A stretch of 64,000 nt of DNA from Octopus sinensis (Eukaryota), in assembly GCF_006345805.1 (NCBI RefSeq), contig NC_043006.1, forward strand, positions 50,716,001-50,780,000, in the 5' to 3' direction. Positions 26,450 to 38,140 of this stretch are shown in pieces (the stretch's first letter is position 1; each line of letters opens with the position of its first letter). Both the position numbers and the translations under genes were made by a program. Below the pieces are notes generated by a model. The model was not told the DNA's origin. It did not search any database and saw only the letters and a program-made list of their open reading frames with translations.

Positions 26450-27515
26450 AAGGTAGGTCATTTACTTTATTCACTGACCATAAACCATTAACATATGCAT
26501 TAAAAAATTCTTCGGAGAAATATTCTCATAGAGAAATTAGACATCTTGATTTTATTTCACAGTTTACTGTAGATATACGTTATATCAAGGGGGTCGAAAA
26601 TTCAGCAGCGGGTGCACTTTCTAGAATGAATGTAGATGCATTAAACTCATTAAACACTATAAATTTGGAAGAAATGTCTAAGGATCAAGTTACGGATAAA
26701 GAATTTTCTTTATATAAAAATTCCGATTCAACTGCTTTAAAATTTAAAATGTTGCCGATACATTGGTGTAATTCACATATTTGCTGTGATATTTCTACAG
26801 GTTTTTCGAGACCATTTGTGCCTGAAAAGCATAGGAAAAATGTTTTTTCTAGCCTACATAATTTATCTCATCCATGTATAGAAGCTTCGTTAAAGTTATT
26901 ATCAAGTCGTTTTGTTTGGCCTGGCATGAATAAAGATATTCGTTCATGGGAAAAGTCATGTATGCAATGTCAGAAATCTAAAGTGCAGCGGCACATCAAA
27001 GCACCATTAGGTACATTTGCAAATCCTGATGCGAGATTCCAACACATCCACATCGATATAGTGGGACCCTTACCTCCATGCGAGGATAATATGTATTTGT
27101 TGACGTGGGTCGATCGCTTTTCGAGATGGCCCGAGGCTTATCCGATTAAAGACGTATCTGCAGTAACTATAGCAAAAACTTTGTTTACCAATTGGATGTC
27201 TAAATTTGGCATTCCGAATACACTGACAACAGATCGTGTTAGACAATTTGAGTCTAGCTTGTTCGCAGAATTCAATAAATTGTTGGGGGATTAATAGAAT
27301 TCGTACAACTTCATATCACCCACAGTCTAATGGAATGGTAGAAAGATTCCATAGACAGTTAAAAGCTTCAAGAACTTATTCTAATTCTAACGATTGGCTG
27401 GAGGCTTTGCCAGTGGTATTGTTGGGAATTAGAAGTGCGGTTAAAGAAACTATACAGTATTCTCCGGCTGAACTTTAGTACGGAACAACATTAACTCTAC
27501 CTGCTCAAATGTTCG
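26450..27515 (+). pseudogene. Gypsy RNase H C-terminus and integrase (frameshifted)
   Basis: FTDHKPL, IRYIKG.EN..A.ALSR; HNLSHP...CMQC zinc finger; HIDIVGP, TTD..RQFES, YHPQSNGMVERFHR. Confidence 0.92.
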
Positions 27516-28360
27516 AATAAAACAATACATACATACACATTTACTTGGTACCATCATATGGAGTGATGTAGTGGGATTACACACCCAGACGCACTCACGA
27601 ACGGGCGTGTTAATGTATATAAAAACAGCAAACTATAACCAGGGAACGTTCGATATGAAGCCAGATGCTACCACAATCATTGTCGTAGCCAGGACAACTG
27701 AAATTTTTAATAATTTCAGGAATGACATTAAAAGGAACAAAGTGAAAACGTAAAACTGGCAGAAAAATATTCACCATTAGAATTCATATCCTTATTGAAT
27801 GACTATCGGTTTAGCCTATTCCGAATTAACAAATATATGAGATGTAAAATTTAGGTCACTATGACAAAATTAATAATATAACAAAAGCAGCGAAGTTATT
27901 TTCATAGCAACAACTGTCCATATCGAACGCGATCGCATTGTACAATTGTTTTCTGTTATTGCTTCGGATAGACAAATATTTTGTGGCTGGGTCTGTGCAT
28001 TTGATAGACAAAGACTTTGATAAAGCCGTTCGTTGCTTACCTATATAGATAGGCATACCTACAAAAGTGCCATTCCTATGGGAGTTTGTTTCTTTGTAAC
28101 TTTCAGAAAAATTCATTCTTTTTATTAAATGTTCGTACAAATATTTTAATTCTTTTGTTTCAGTCATTTCACTGCGGCGATTCTTGAGTACTGCCTTGAA
28201 GTGTCTTTGTCAAAGAATTCGATGATCGACTTATCTTTTAAACTTAGTACTTATTCTATCGGTTACATTGCCGAATCGATAATTTATGGGGGCGTAACCA
28301 GATCAACACCTTTTGTCAAGCAATAATGGGTGGACAAAGATACATACACACAAATATATA

Positions 28361-28397
<37 letters not shown>

Positions 28398-28399
<2 letters not shown>

Positions 28400-28656
28400 G
28401 CGCAATGGCCCAGTTGATAGGGCAGCGGACTCGCGGTCTTAGGATCGCGGTTTCGATTCCGAGACCGGGCGTTGTGAGTGTTTATTGTGCGAAAACACCT
28501 AAAGATCCACGAGACTCTAGCAGGTGGTAGTGTGGATCCTTGCTGCACTCTTTCGCCACAACTTTATCGCAGTCCTTCTTCTGTTGGCCTGCTCGCTTAG
28601 CCAACCCAGCGGGTGTGCGTCATCTGAAGGCTATAACAATGCGAAGCGCATTGTGA

Positions 28657-28659
<3 letters not shown>
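28398..28659 (+). mobile_element. Family-C SINE nested in the microsatellite of a minus-strand family-B SINE (28150-28345)
   Basis: ggcgcaatggcccagttg head; duplicated at 35910-36172. Confidence 0.85.
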
Positions 28660-28730
<71 letters not shown>

Positions 28731-28775
28731 ATGTATATAATATATATATATATATACATGTTTATAGTGTATATG

Positions 28776-28812
<37 letters not shown>

Positions 28813-29262
28813 ATATGTATGTACATATATGTATATATATATATATATATTATGTGTTTATGTGTATATGTATGTATACATATATATATATATGTTTGTG
28901 TATATGTATGTATATATATGTATATATATATATATATGTTTTATATGTATTGTAGTATATATAATTATATATAATTTCAACAAATTGAGGGCAAATTAAT
29001 TAATTATTAATCAATTTTCACCAAGTGTTCAGTATGCAAGGGACCATTCAAGGCGAATTCAAATTATTACATTATATAAAAGGGCTTAGTAAAATAAATT
29101 ACTTTGCCGCATACTGAACTCATTAGAAATAGCAGCTAAAAAACTTTTTTAAAGCTATTTCTAATACTTAAAGAAAATCTCTCTCATATATTAGTGTTTG
29201 CTTAATTCAACTCACAAAAGTTTGGGGGTAAGGACATCGAAAAATCAAATGCTAAGGTTATT

Positions 29263-29314
29263 TGAGAACGTACGTTTCAAGATTAGTCAAAACAACACTT
29301 CTATCATCAGCTCA
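29263..29314 (-). ncRNA. Putative minimal type I hammerhead ribozyme
   Basis: Reverse complement of 29692-29743. Confidence 0.6.
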
Positions 29315-29691
29315 GAAATTCCTTGGTTTGGATTTGAAACACTGAAAATAAGAACATACCTTTCGAAGATCTGCTCGTAACTAACAGTGCCAACAAATTC
29401 AAATAAGCAAGCGAAGAATCTCTGTTTCTCCCCTTTCCACCAGCGTGGGTTAAAAATCATCAACACTATGCTTATTTCGGTAAATCCGAAGTTAATCAGA
29501 GGAGATTAATTAATCAGAAGGGCAAAATTATTAATTATCATTTTCACCAAGGTTCAGTATGGGACATTCAAGGCGAATTCAAATATAACATTATTAAAGG
29601 GCTTAGTAAAATAATTTAGTTAGTTTTACGAGCAGATCTTCGAAAGGGTATGTCTTATTTTCAGTGTTTCCAAATCCAAACCAGGAATTTC

Positions 29692-29743
29692 TGAGCTGAT
29701 GATAGAAGTGTTGTTTTGACTAATCTTGAAACGTACGTTCTCA
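29692..29743 (+). ncRNA. Putative minimal type I hammerhead ribozyme
   Basis: tgag CTGATGA t-aga-agt..act-aa-tct-t GAAA cgtacg T T ctca. Stem I is tgag/ctca, stem III is palindromic and the triplet is GUU. Confidence 0.6.
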
Positions 29744-30230
29744 AATAACCTTAGCATTTGATTTTTCGATGTCCTTACCCCCAACTTTTGTGAGTTGAAT
29801 TAAGCAAACACTATATATGAGAGAGATTTCTTTAAGTATTAGAAATAGCTTTAAAAAAGTTTTTTAGCTGCTATTTCTAATGAGTTCAGTATGCGGCAAA
29901 GTAATTATTTTACTAAGCCCTTTTATATATGTAATAATTTGAATTCGCCTTGAATGGTCCCTTTGCATACTGAACCACTTGGTGAATTGATTAATAATTA
30001 ATTAATTTTGCCCTCAATTGTTGAAATTATAATTAATCTCCCTCTGATTAATGCTTCGGATTTTACCGAAATAAGCATAGTGTTTGATGATTTTAACCCA
30101 CGCTGGTGGAAAGGGGAGAACAGAGATTCTTCGCTTGCTTATTTGAATTTGTTGGCACTGTTAGTTACGAGCAGATCTTCGAAAGGGTATTTTCTTATTT
30201 CGTCAGTTTCCAATCCAACCAAGGAATTTC

Positions 30231-30282
30231 TGAGCTGATGATAGAAGTGTTGTTTTGACTAATCTTGAAACGTACGTTCTCA
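30231..30282 (+). ncRNA. Putative minimal type I hammerhead ribozyme
   Basis: Identical to 29692-29743, 539 bp downstream. Confidence 0.6.
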
Positions 30283-30621
30283 AATAACCTTAGCATTTGA
30301 TTTTTCGATGTCTTACCCCCAAACTTTTGTGAGTTGAATTAAGCAAACACTATATATGAGAGAGATTTTCTTTAAGTATAGAAATAGCTTTAAAAAGTTT
30401 TTTAGCTGCTATTTCTAATGAGTTCAGTATGCGGCAAAGTAATTTATTTTACTAAGCCCTTTTATATAATGTTATTATATATATATATATATATGTTTAT
30501 GTGTATAGGTATAGAATATATATATATATATGTATGTGTAATATATATATAATATATATGTGTTATGTGTATATATATAGATATATATAATATTTTATGT
30601 GTATTATATATAATCTATATA

Positions 30622-30661
<40 letters not shown>

Positions 30662-30705
30662 ATATATATATATATATATATGTCTATGTGTATATGTATA
30701 TATAT

Positions 30706-31398
30706 GTAGTCCTTCTATCACGAATTATTTTTTGATGCCTTGTGGGAGTTCGTTGGCGTAATTCTCTTGCCAGAACTGAATTGCTTCTATTCCTAGGTAG
30801 TGGGGTATATTCGATTAGAAGGATACTAATAGGATCATTTTGTTTATTGTTTTAGGAAGGTGACTGAGCATATTCAGGTCGTCCCTTATATACCTTTTGA
30901 CATGCTTGAGGAATGGTTTTTAGAGGTTATCTAAATACTTAGTGAGGCGGTGGGTTTCGCATGCGGGACCTGCTGCTTTAGGTTTCAATTTGAGGTCAAT
31001 GGGAGTAGTGACTTTGATTATTATGTCTGTGGCTTTTCTTCATGCGTTACTTATTTTCTCAATTTTGTGTATCTTCTTGTATAGGTTTAACATGGATTTT
31101 AGGTCTCTAATTATTTTCTGCTGATTGTAGTGTTCGCCCTTTTCATAATATGTTGTGTCTTCCAATATAGATAGTACTAAAGTTATATAGAATACCGTGT
31201 CCATTAAGACACGGTATTCTCTTTATTACATAATACAGACCCCTTTTGAACGCGTCTACAACAAATGACATATCCACAACGGCCCTAGAATAAAACAAAT
31301 ACACACGCAAATATTAAAAATGGTGCACTCAAGAGATTCCCAAGAATTCATTAAAAAACAGTCCTAATCACTGCTATAATCCATAACGTGCCAATTTT
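30706..31398 (-). pseudogene. Penelope-like RT fragment, paralog of 22326-23085
   Basis: Nearly the same sequence, with a ~74-bp deletion that removes FYGIP. Confidence 0.85.
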
Positions 31399-31520
31399 AA
31401 GTCACATGACCTTTTAACACCTTACTACTTTCATACCACCTATATTCCTTTTTACTCTCCCTTCTCTTTCTTCTTTTCTTTGTCTTCTTCCTCCTTCATA
31501 ACTTTACTACTATTGCTATA

Positions 31521-31902
31521 GGAGGCGCAATGGCCCAGTGGTTAGGGCAGCGGACTCGCGGTCTTAGGATCACGGTTTCGATTCCGAGACCGGGCGTTGT
31601 TAGTGTTTATTGTGCGAAAACACCTAAAAAGCTCCACGAGGCTCCGGCAGGGGATGGTGGTGATCCCTGCTGTACTCTTTCACCACAACTTTCTCTCACT
31701 CTTACTTCCTGTTTCTGTTGTACCTGTATTTCAAGGGACCGGCCATGTCACTCTGTGTCACGCTGAATATCCCCGAGAACTACGTTAAGGGTGCACGTGT
31801 CTGTGGAGTGCTCAGCCACTTACACGTTAATTTCACGGGCAGGCTGTTCCGTTGATTCGGATCAACCGGAACCCTCATCGTCGTAACTGACGGAGTGCTT
31901 CC
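31521..31902 (+). mobile_element. Full-length family-C SINE with an 11-bp TSD
   Basis: tRNA-like head; ACTATTGCTAT at 31509-31519 and 31903-31913. Confidence 0.9.
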
Positions 31903-32523
31903 ACTATTGCTATTTAGAATAACACCTACGCAATTTTTATAAACAAAACATTCAAAAAAGATGTTTCAGGAATTTTACAATTACTACTACCCTCCACAGC
32001 AAGTCATTTTCTCCTCCTCCCCTTCTTCTTCATCTTCGCCTCCTCTCCTTTTTCTCCTTCTCCTCTTCCTCCCGCTTCTTCTTCATCTTCTTCTCCCTAT
32101 CAAGAATTCACAACGATCTCAAACCCACAAGAGTAAACAAGAAAAACAGACGCAGGTAGAAACAAGGAAAATGACACTTTTATTTGAACACTATGCAAAT
32201 ATTCATTTAAAAATCTTTTCTTTTAATTTTTCCAAAATTTAATTGTCTTCCGTACTTAGAGTTGATAATGTCTCATTGTCTGAAACCGGTAATGAAATGG
32301 TTTTTAATAAAATTATTTTAGCATTTTCTATCTTGACTTTATATATATATATATAAGATATAATATATATATATATATATCTATATATTATATATATTAG
32401 ATATGTTATATATATATATATATATATATATAATTATATATATATATTATATATATATATATATATACAATTATATATATATATATACATATATAGTATA
32501 TATATATATATATATATACATAC

Positions 32524-32588
<65 letters not shown>

Positions 32589-32656
32589 TATATATATATA
32601 TAATATATATATATATTATATATATATATATATATATGCATATATATATATATATA

Positions 32657-33918
32657 TAATAATATAAAATAACAGGAACCAAGAGGTTGAACGAAACGAC
32701 GATCGGAACGAACCTGACGCGGGGCGCTGTCAGACAATAATGGGATAAATAAAAATATATGCATCATACAAGCATTATGTACGTACGCTACATCTACATG
32801 TATATATACATGCATATATAAATATTATACGTGATACAGGACACCACAATAGGACGTAGAACGGGAAAAACAAAAAAAACACAAAAAACAAGAAAACGAA
32901 AAAAACGCAGTTACAGGACGTGCTACACAGGAAAAAACCCCCGTCATTAGCTGTCGCTAGTAGACTCAAGCATGTTTCGAAGCAAAGACAGAACACTAAT
33001 CCCCAAGGCCTTCCTGCGAGAGAATTAAAATAAAATTCCAAGCAGCGGGGCAAAATGAGTACGAACACGAACAGGACTAAAAATAAAACTGCAAATAAAA
33101 TACCTGTACAAAAAATACAAATAACATACAAAACCAGAAAATAAAAAGAGAATACATCAGGAATCAAACACACAAGAGAACGAACGAAAAGGCCTTTTTT
33201 TCTGGCATAACGAAGGATACTGTGGCAGCGCGTGGAAGGCAGTCTTTTCAGTGAGGAGCAACGTGTAAAAGAAATTTTTATAGGCTGGCAGTAAGGAAGA
33301 AGGAAGGAGGAGGGAGACACGCGGACTGAGAGAGAGAGGAGGAGTGGGAGGGAGAGAGTGGAGAGGGTAAAGCAAAGGGAGAGAATTCCGCGTCTTAAAT
33401 ATAATAATAATATAAAAATAACAGGAACCAAGAGGTGGAACGAAACGACGAATCGAATTCGTCTATGCCAGAAAAAAAGGCTTTTTCGTTCGTCCTCTTG
33501 TGTGTTTGATTTCCTGTATCGCATTCTCTTTTTATTTTCTCGTTTTGTATTTATTTGTATTTTTTGTACATGTATTTTTATTTTTCCTGTTCGTGTTCGT
33601 ACTCATTTTGCCCCGCTGCTTGCAATTTTAATTTAATTCTCTCGCAGGAAGGCCTAGTGGATTAGTGTTCTGTCTTTGCCTTCGAAACATGCTTGAGTCT
33701 ACCAGCGACAGCTGATGACGGGTTTTTTTTCCTCGTGTAGCACGTCCTGTAACTGTTTTTTTCATTTTCTTGTTTTTTGTGTTTTTTTTGTTTTTCCTGT
33801 TTCTACGTCTTATTGAGGCGTCCTGTACTCACGTATAATTATTTATATATGAATGTATATATACATGTAGATGTAGGTACGTACATATATGTTTGTATGT
33901 ATGCATATATTTTTATTT
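32657..33918. mobile_element. ORF-less Penelope-pLTR-like repeat: ~750-bp monomer, short direct restart, then an inverted copy
   Basis: 32745-33213 is inverted at 33460-33918; the 32657 start recurs at ~33405; homologous to 16556-17872. Confidence 0.6.
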
Positions 33919-34286
33919 ATCATATATATATATATATATCAACTCGTGTGTTCCTTTCCAATCTTCTACATATACATATATATATACATATACATATATA
34001 TACATATACATACATATACATATATTTGCATATATATATATATATATACATATACACATATATATATATACATATACGTTATACATATATATTATCACAT
34101 ATAATATATACATTGTATAAATCTAGATATATACATATATAGGACTAGATATATAAATATATACACATGTGTGTGTGTATATATATATATATACATATAT
34201 TATATAATATATGTATATATACATACATATACCTATATATATATATATATAATTATATATATATATACATACATATACCTATATAC

Positions 34287-34338
<52 letters not shown>

Positions 34339-34344
34339 ATATAT

Positions 34345-35013
34345 ATACGGGTTCTAATTCATAAGTATCTCTTTGTTATCATACATAGAATCGAGGCCTA
34401 GCACGCAGAGTAAAGCTGCTTGACACAGATTGACCTTGACCTCTTCCTGCATGTGCACTAAGTTTTAACGTTCTAGTTCAGTTCCCCTATTTACAGTATA
34501 CTTCGATTAAAACATGTGCTGTTGGGCTTTTGTGAGTGCGTGTGTGTTTGTGTGCGTGCAAGAATATACATATAAGAAAATATACAGGTATGGCTGTGTG
34601 GTAATGAAGCTTGTTTTCCAACATGGTTTTGGCTAAGTGTCTCCCACTATATCCTCGGGCGGACTGAACCCTTGTGAGTGGATTTGGTTAATGGAAACTT
34701 GAAAGCGCTTCGTATGTATAGATCCCTGTGTGTGTGTCTTTGTGTCCGTGTTTCTCCTCCACTCACACTTAACTGGTGCTGGTCTGTTTAAGTCTCGGTC
34801 TGTTTAAGTACTGGATTTTAAAACAGTAATTCGTATGTCGATTTGTTCGACTTAAACGCTTCAAGGCGGTGCCCCGGTACGCCCACAGTCAAATGAATGA
34901 AATAAAAGATAAAAGATATATATGAGAAGAGCGAAAAAAGAAAGATCGATCGATCAATAGATACATACATACATGCATACATACATACATACATACATAC
35001 ATACATACATACA

Positions 35014-35048
<35 letters not shown>

Positions 35049-35876
35049 TTACTTGATACCATCATATGGAGTGATGTAGTGGGATTACACACCCAGACAC
35101 ACTCACGAACGGGCGTGTTAATGTATATAAAAACAGCAAACTATAACCAGGGAACGTTCGATATGAAGCCAGATGCTACCACAATCATTGTCGTAGCCAG
35201 GGCAACTGAACTTTTTAATAATTTCAGGAATGATATTAAAAAGAACAAAGAGAAAACGTAAAACTGACAGTAAAATATTCACCATTAGAATTCATATCCT
35301 TATTGAATGATTATCGCTTTAGCCTATTCCGAATTAACAAATATACGAGATGTAAAATTTAGGTCACTGTGACAAAATTAATAATATAACAAAAGCAGCG
35401 AAGTTATTTTCATAGCAACAACTGTCCATATCGAACGCGATCGCATTGTACAATTATTTTCTGTTATTGCTTCGGATAGACAAATATTTTGTGGCTGGGT
35501 CTGTGCATTTGATAGACAAAGACTTTGATAAAGCCGTTCGTTGCTTACCTATATAGATAGGCATACCTACAAAAGTGCCATTCCTATGGGAGTTTGTTTC
35601 TTTGTAACTTTCAGAAAAATTCATTCTTTTTATTAAATGTTCGTACAAATATATTAATTCTTTTGTTTCAGTCATTTCACTGCGGCGATTCTTGAGTACT
35701 GCCTTGAAGTGTCTTTGTCAAAGAATTCGATGATCGACTTATCTTTTAAACTTAGTACTTATTCTATCGGTTACATTGCCGAATCGATAAGTTATGGGGG
35801 CGTAGCCAGATCAACACCCTTTGTCAAGCAATAATGAGTGGACAAAGATACATACACACAAATATATATATATATA

Positions 35877-35911
<35 letters not shown>

Positions 35912-36172
35912 AGGCGCAATGGCCCAGTTGATAGGGCAGCGGACTCGCGGTCTTAGGATCGCGGTTTCGATTCCGAGACCGGGCGTTGTGAGAATTTATT
36001 GAGCGAAAACACCTAAAGATCCACGAGACTCTAGCAGGTGGTAGTGTGGATCCTTGCAGTACTCTTTCGCCACAACTTTATCGCAGTCCTTCTTCTGTTG
36101 GCCTGCTCGCTTAGCCAGCCCAGCGGGGTGGCGTCATCTGAGGCTATAACAATGCGAAGCGCATTGTGACCA
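34345..36172 (+). repeat. Paralog of 23125-23744 plus 27520-28659 (empty site of the Gypsy insertion)
   Basis: ORF pairs 27571/35079 and 27859/35454 are near-identical, with the same nested SINEs. Confidence 0.92.
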
Positions 36173-36340
36173 TATATATATATATATAACGATCTTCTTT
36201 CAGTTTCCGTCTACCAAATCCACTCACAAAGCTTCAGTTGACCCGAGGCTATAGAAGACACTTAGCCAAGGTGCCACGCAGTGAGACTGAACCCGAAATT
36301 TTGTGATTGGAAAGCATGCTTCTTATCACACAGCCATGCC
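35660..36340 (-). mobile_element. Family-B SINE with a nested family-C SINE (35910-36172, +)
   Basis: Tail at 35660-35850 and head at 36190-36340. Confidence 0.8.
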
Positions 36341-36655
36341 ATCGGAATTTGTTTTAATTTTGTTTTTGGAAAAGGGGCAGGTTATATTTTTTCTTTTTTT
36401 TTTTTCTTTTTTTAAATTCCAAGTTTTATAGTGCCCTCCAATTCTTTTACACTAAATTCCGATATAATCGTAATCTACATCATTTGAAAAGTAATTGTAG
36501 GAAATTTCATCAAAATTATTTGATATATTAAAGTTATGAGGAAACAAATCGGCAAGGTACAAATGTGTATGTATGCCGATCGATCGATAGATAGATAGAT
36601 AGATTATATATATATAGGGATCTAATGGCCTTCTGAGGTTCTACGTTATATATAT

Positions 36656-36687
<32 letters not shown>

Positions 36688-36696
36688 ATATATATA

Positions 36697-36814
36697 TTAT
36701 AGAAGGAGCTTCTACAGGACTAGAACTATTTCATTCAAAAGAAATCATCAGGAAGCATCCTGATGATTTCTTTTGAATGAAACAGTTCTAGTCCTGTAGA
36801 AGCTCCTTCTATAA
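36697..36814. ncRNA. Palindrome encoding putative type I hammerhead ribozymes on both strands
   Basis: Plus strand: agcatc CTGATGA t-ttc-tttt-gaa-t GAAA cag-ttctagtc-ctg TA gaagct. Minus strand: gcttc CTGATGA ... GAAA tag..ctg TA gaagc. Confidence 0.7.
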
Positions 36815-36890
36815 AATAAATTAATTTACTCTGCTATGTATTGAGTACCTTATTTACTGTGGTTAACCCCGACTCAACCCGGACCTATAT

Positions 36891-36961
<71 letters not shown>

Positions 36962-37677
36962 CATACATAGAATTACATACATACATGTGTATGTGAACAA
37001 AGACGAGCGCGCGCACACACACAGATGGGTGCTCAAGCAAACAAAAAATACTCGATATATTGTAGAGGATAAATATGTATAAATATAAAACGAGCTGATT
37101 ATACGTGTGTGTGTATATGTGTATGTGTGAGTGAGTGTGGTTGTACAGACGTGTTTGATATAAAACTGCTGCTTCAGAAACCTCTGCCTGTATGTCAAAA
37201 GGAAAAATATATGAAACAACAGATAAAATATGGATTGATAGAATATGTACCAGATTACAACGAATACTGGGGTCGATATGATCGATTAAAATGTTTGATC
37301 GACCCAAAATCAACTCAAATCAGTAAAAGAAGAAAAATAATGAATAAAATTCAAATATAAAATAAATTACGTTTATTTATTTATTCTGCGCTATTGGAAA
37401 CAGATTCACATGTTTATCTGAGGTAACGCCAGGACTCCTTTCCACACAAGGCGTAGCATTCTGTCGCCATTTGTATTATTTATTAAATGGTTCTATTCAA
37501 GCCAGCATAGGAATTTCTATGTCGCTGTTACCTGCCGTTACTCTGTGACCTCGTCACACTCTCTTACCTTGCAAGGCCGTGACATGTTTTTCTCATTAAA
37601 AAAAATAAATCTAATGAATGAATGAATACGTGACATATGCTTATATGTACAGGGGTGGCTATCTATATATATATATG

Positions 37678-37729
<52 letters not shown>

Positions 37730-37979
37730 TATATATATATATATAATATATTATATATATATATATATATATATCTATATATATATATATATTAAGACAC
37801 AAGGATATTTTCCTACTTCCCTTAACATGAAACCAATGGTACCCTTAATTCACAAATAAAGAAATTAAATCCAAGTATGCGGTGTTTGCCACTCATTTTC
37901 ATCGTTCGATATTTACACACACACACACTATTACATAATCAGTTCGATTCAGACATATATATATATACATACATATATA

Positions 37980-38082
37980 TGTCTGAATCGAAATGATATA
38001 TATATATATTATATATATATATATATATATATCTGAATCGAAATGATATATATATATATATATATATATGTCTGAATCGAAA

Positions 38083-38122
<40 letters not shown>

Positions 38123-38140
38123 TATGTCTGAATCGAAATT
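37980..38140. repeat. 4x TCTGAATCGAAAT units separated by (TA)n
   Basis: The unit is the reverse complement of the flank at 37943-37955. Confidence 0.9.

Larger units (their letters stand above)
23745..27520 (+). mobile_element. Gypsy/Ty3 LTR retrotransposon, RT-deleted and lacking its 3' LTR
   Basis: LTR, PBS, gag, protease, RNase H C-terminus and integrase, in Gypsy order. Confidence 0.9.
28975..30470. mobile_element. ORF-less hammerhead-containing repeat: ~540-bp monomers in inverted then tandem arrangement (Penelope pLTR/retrozyme-like)
   Basis: 28975-29615 is in minus orientation and 29618-30470 in plus orientation. Hammerhead cores lie at 29304(-), 29696(+) and 30235(+). Flanked by (TA)n. 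Confidence 0.75.

Noticed and set aside
31521-31595. tRNA-like sequences (also 4030-4102, 28398, 35910, 44642, 50170)
   Set aside because: They are SINE heads that run into SINE bodies and lack a proper acceptor stem.
32775-33524. 249-aa hydrophobic ORF (also 9535-9924, 39325-39789, 40997-41479)
   Set aside because: Derived from T/C-rich low-complexity strands, and the frame is not conserved between homologous repeat copies.
37980-38140. CRISPR-like repeat-spacer appearance
   Set aside because: The spacers are (TA)n, the repeat is only ~15 bp, the context is eukaryotic and there are no cas genes.
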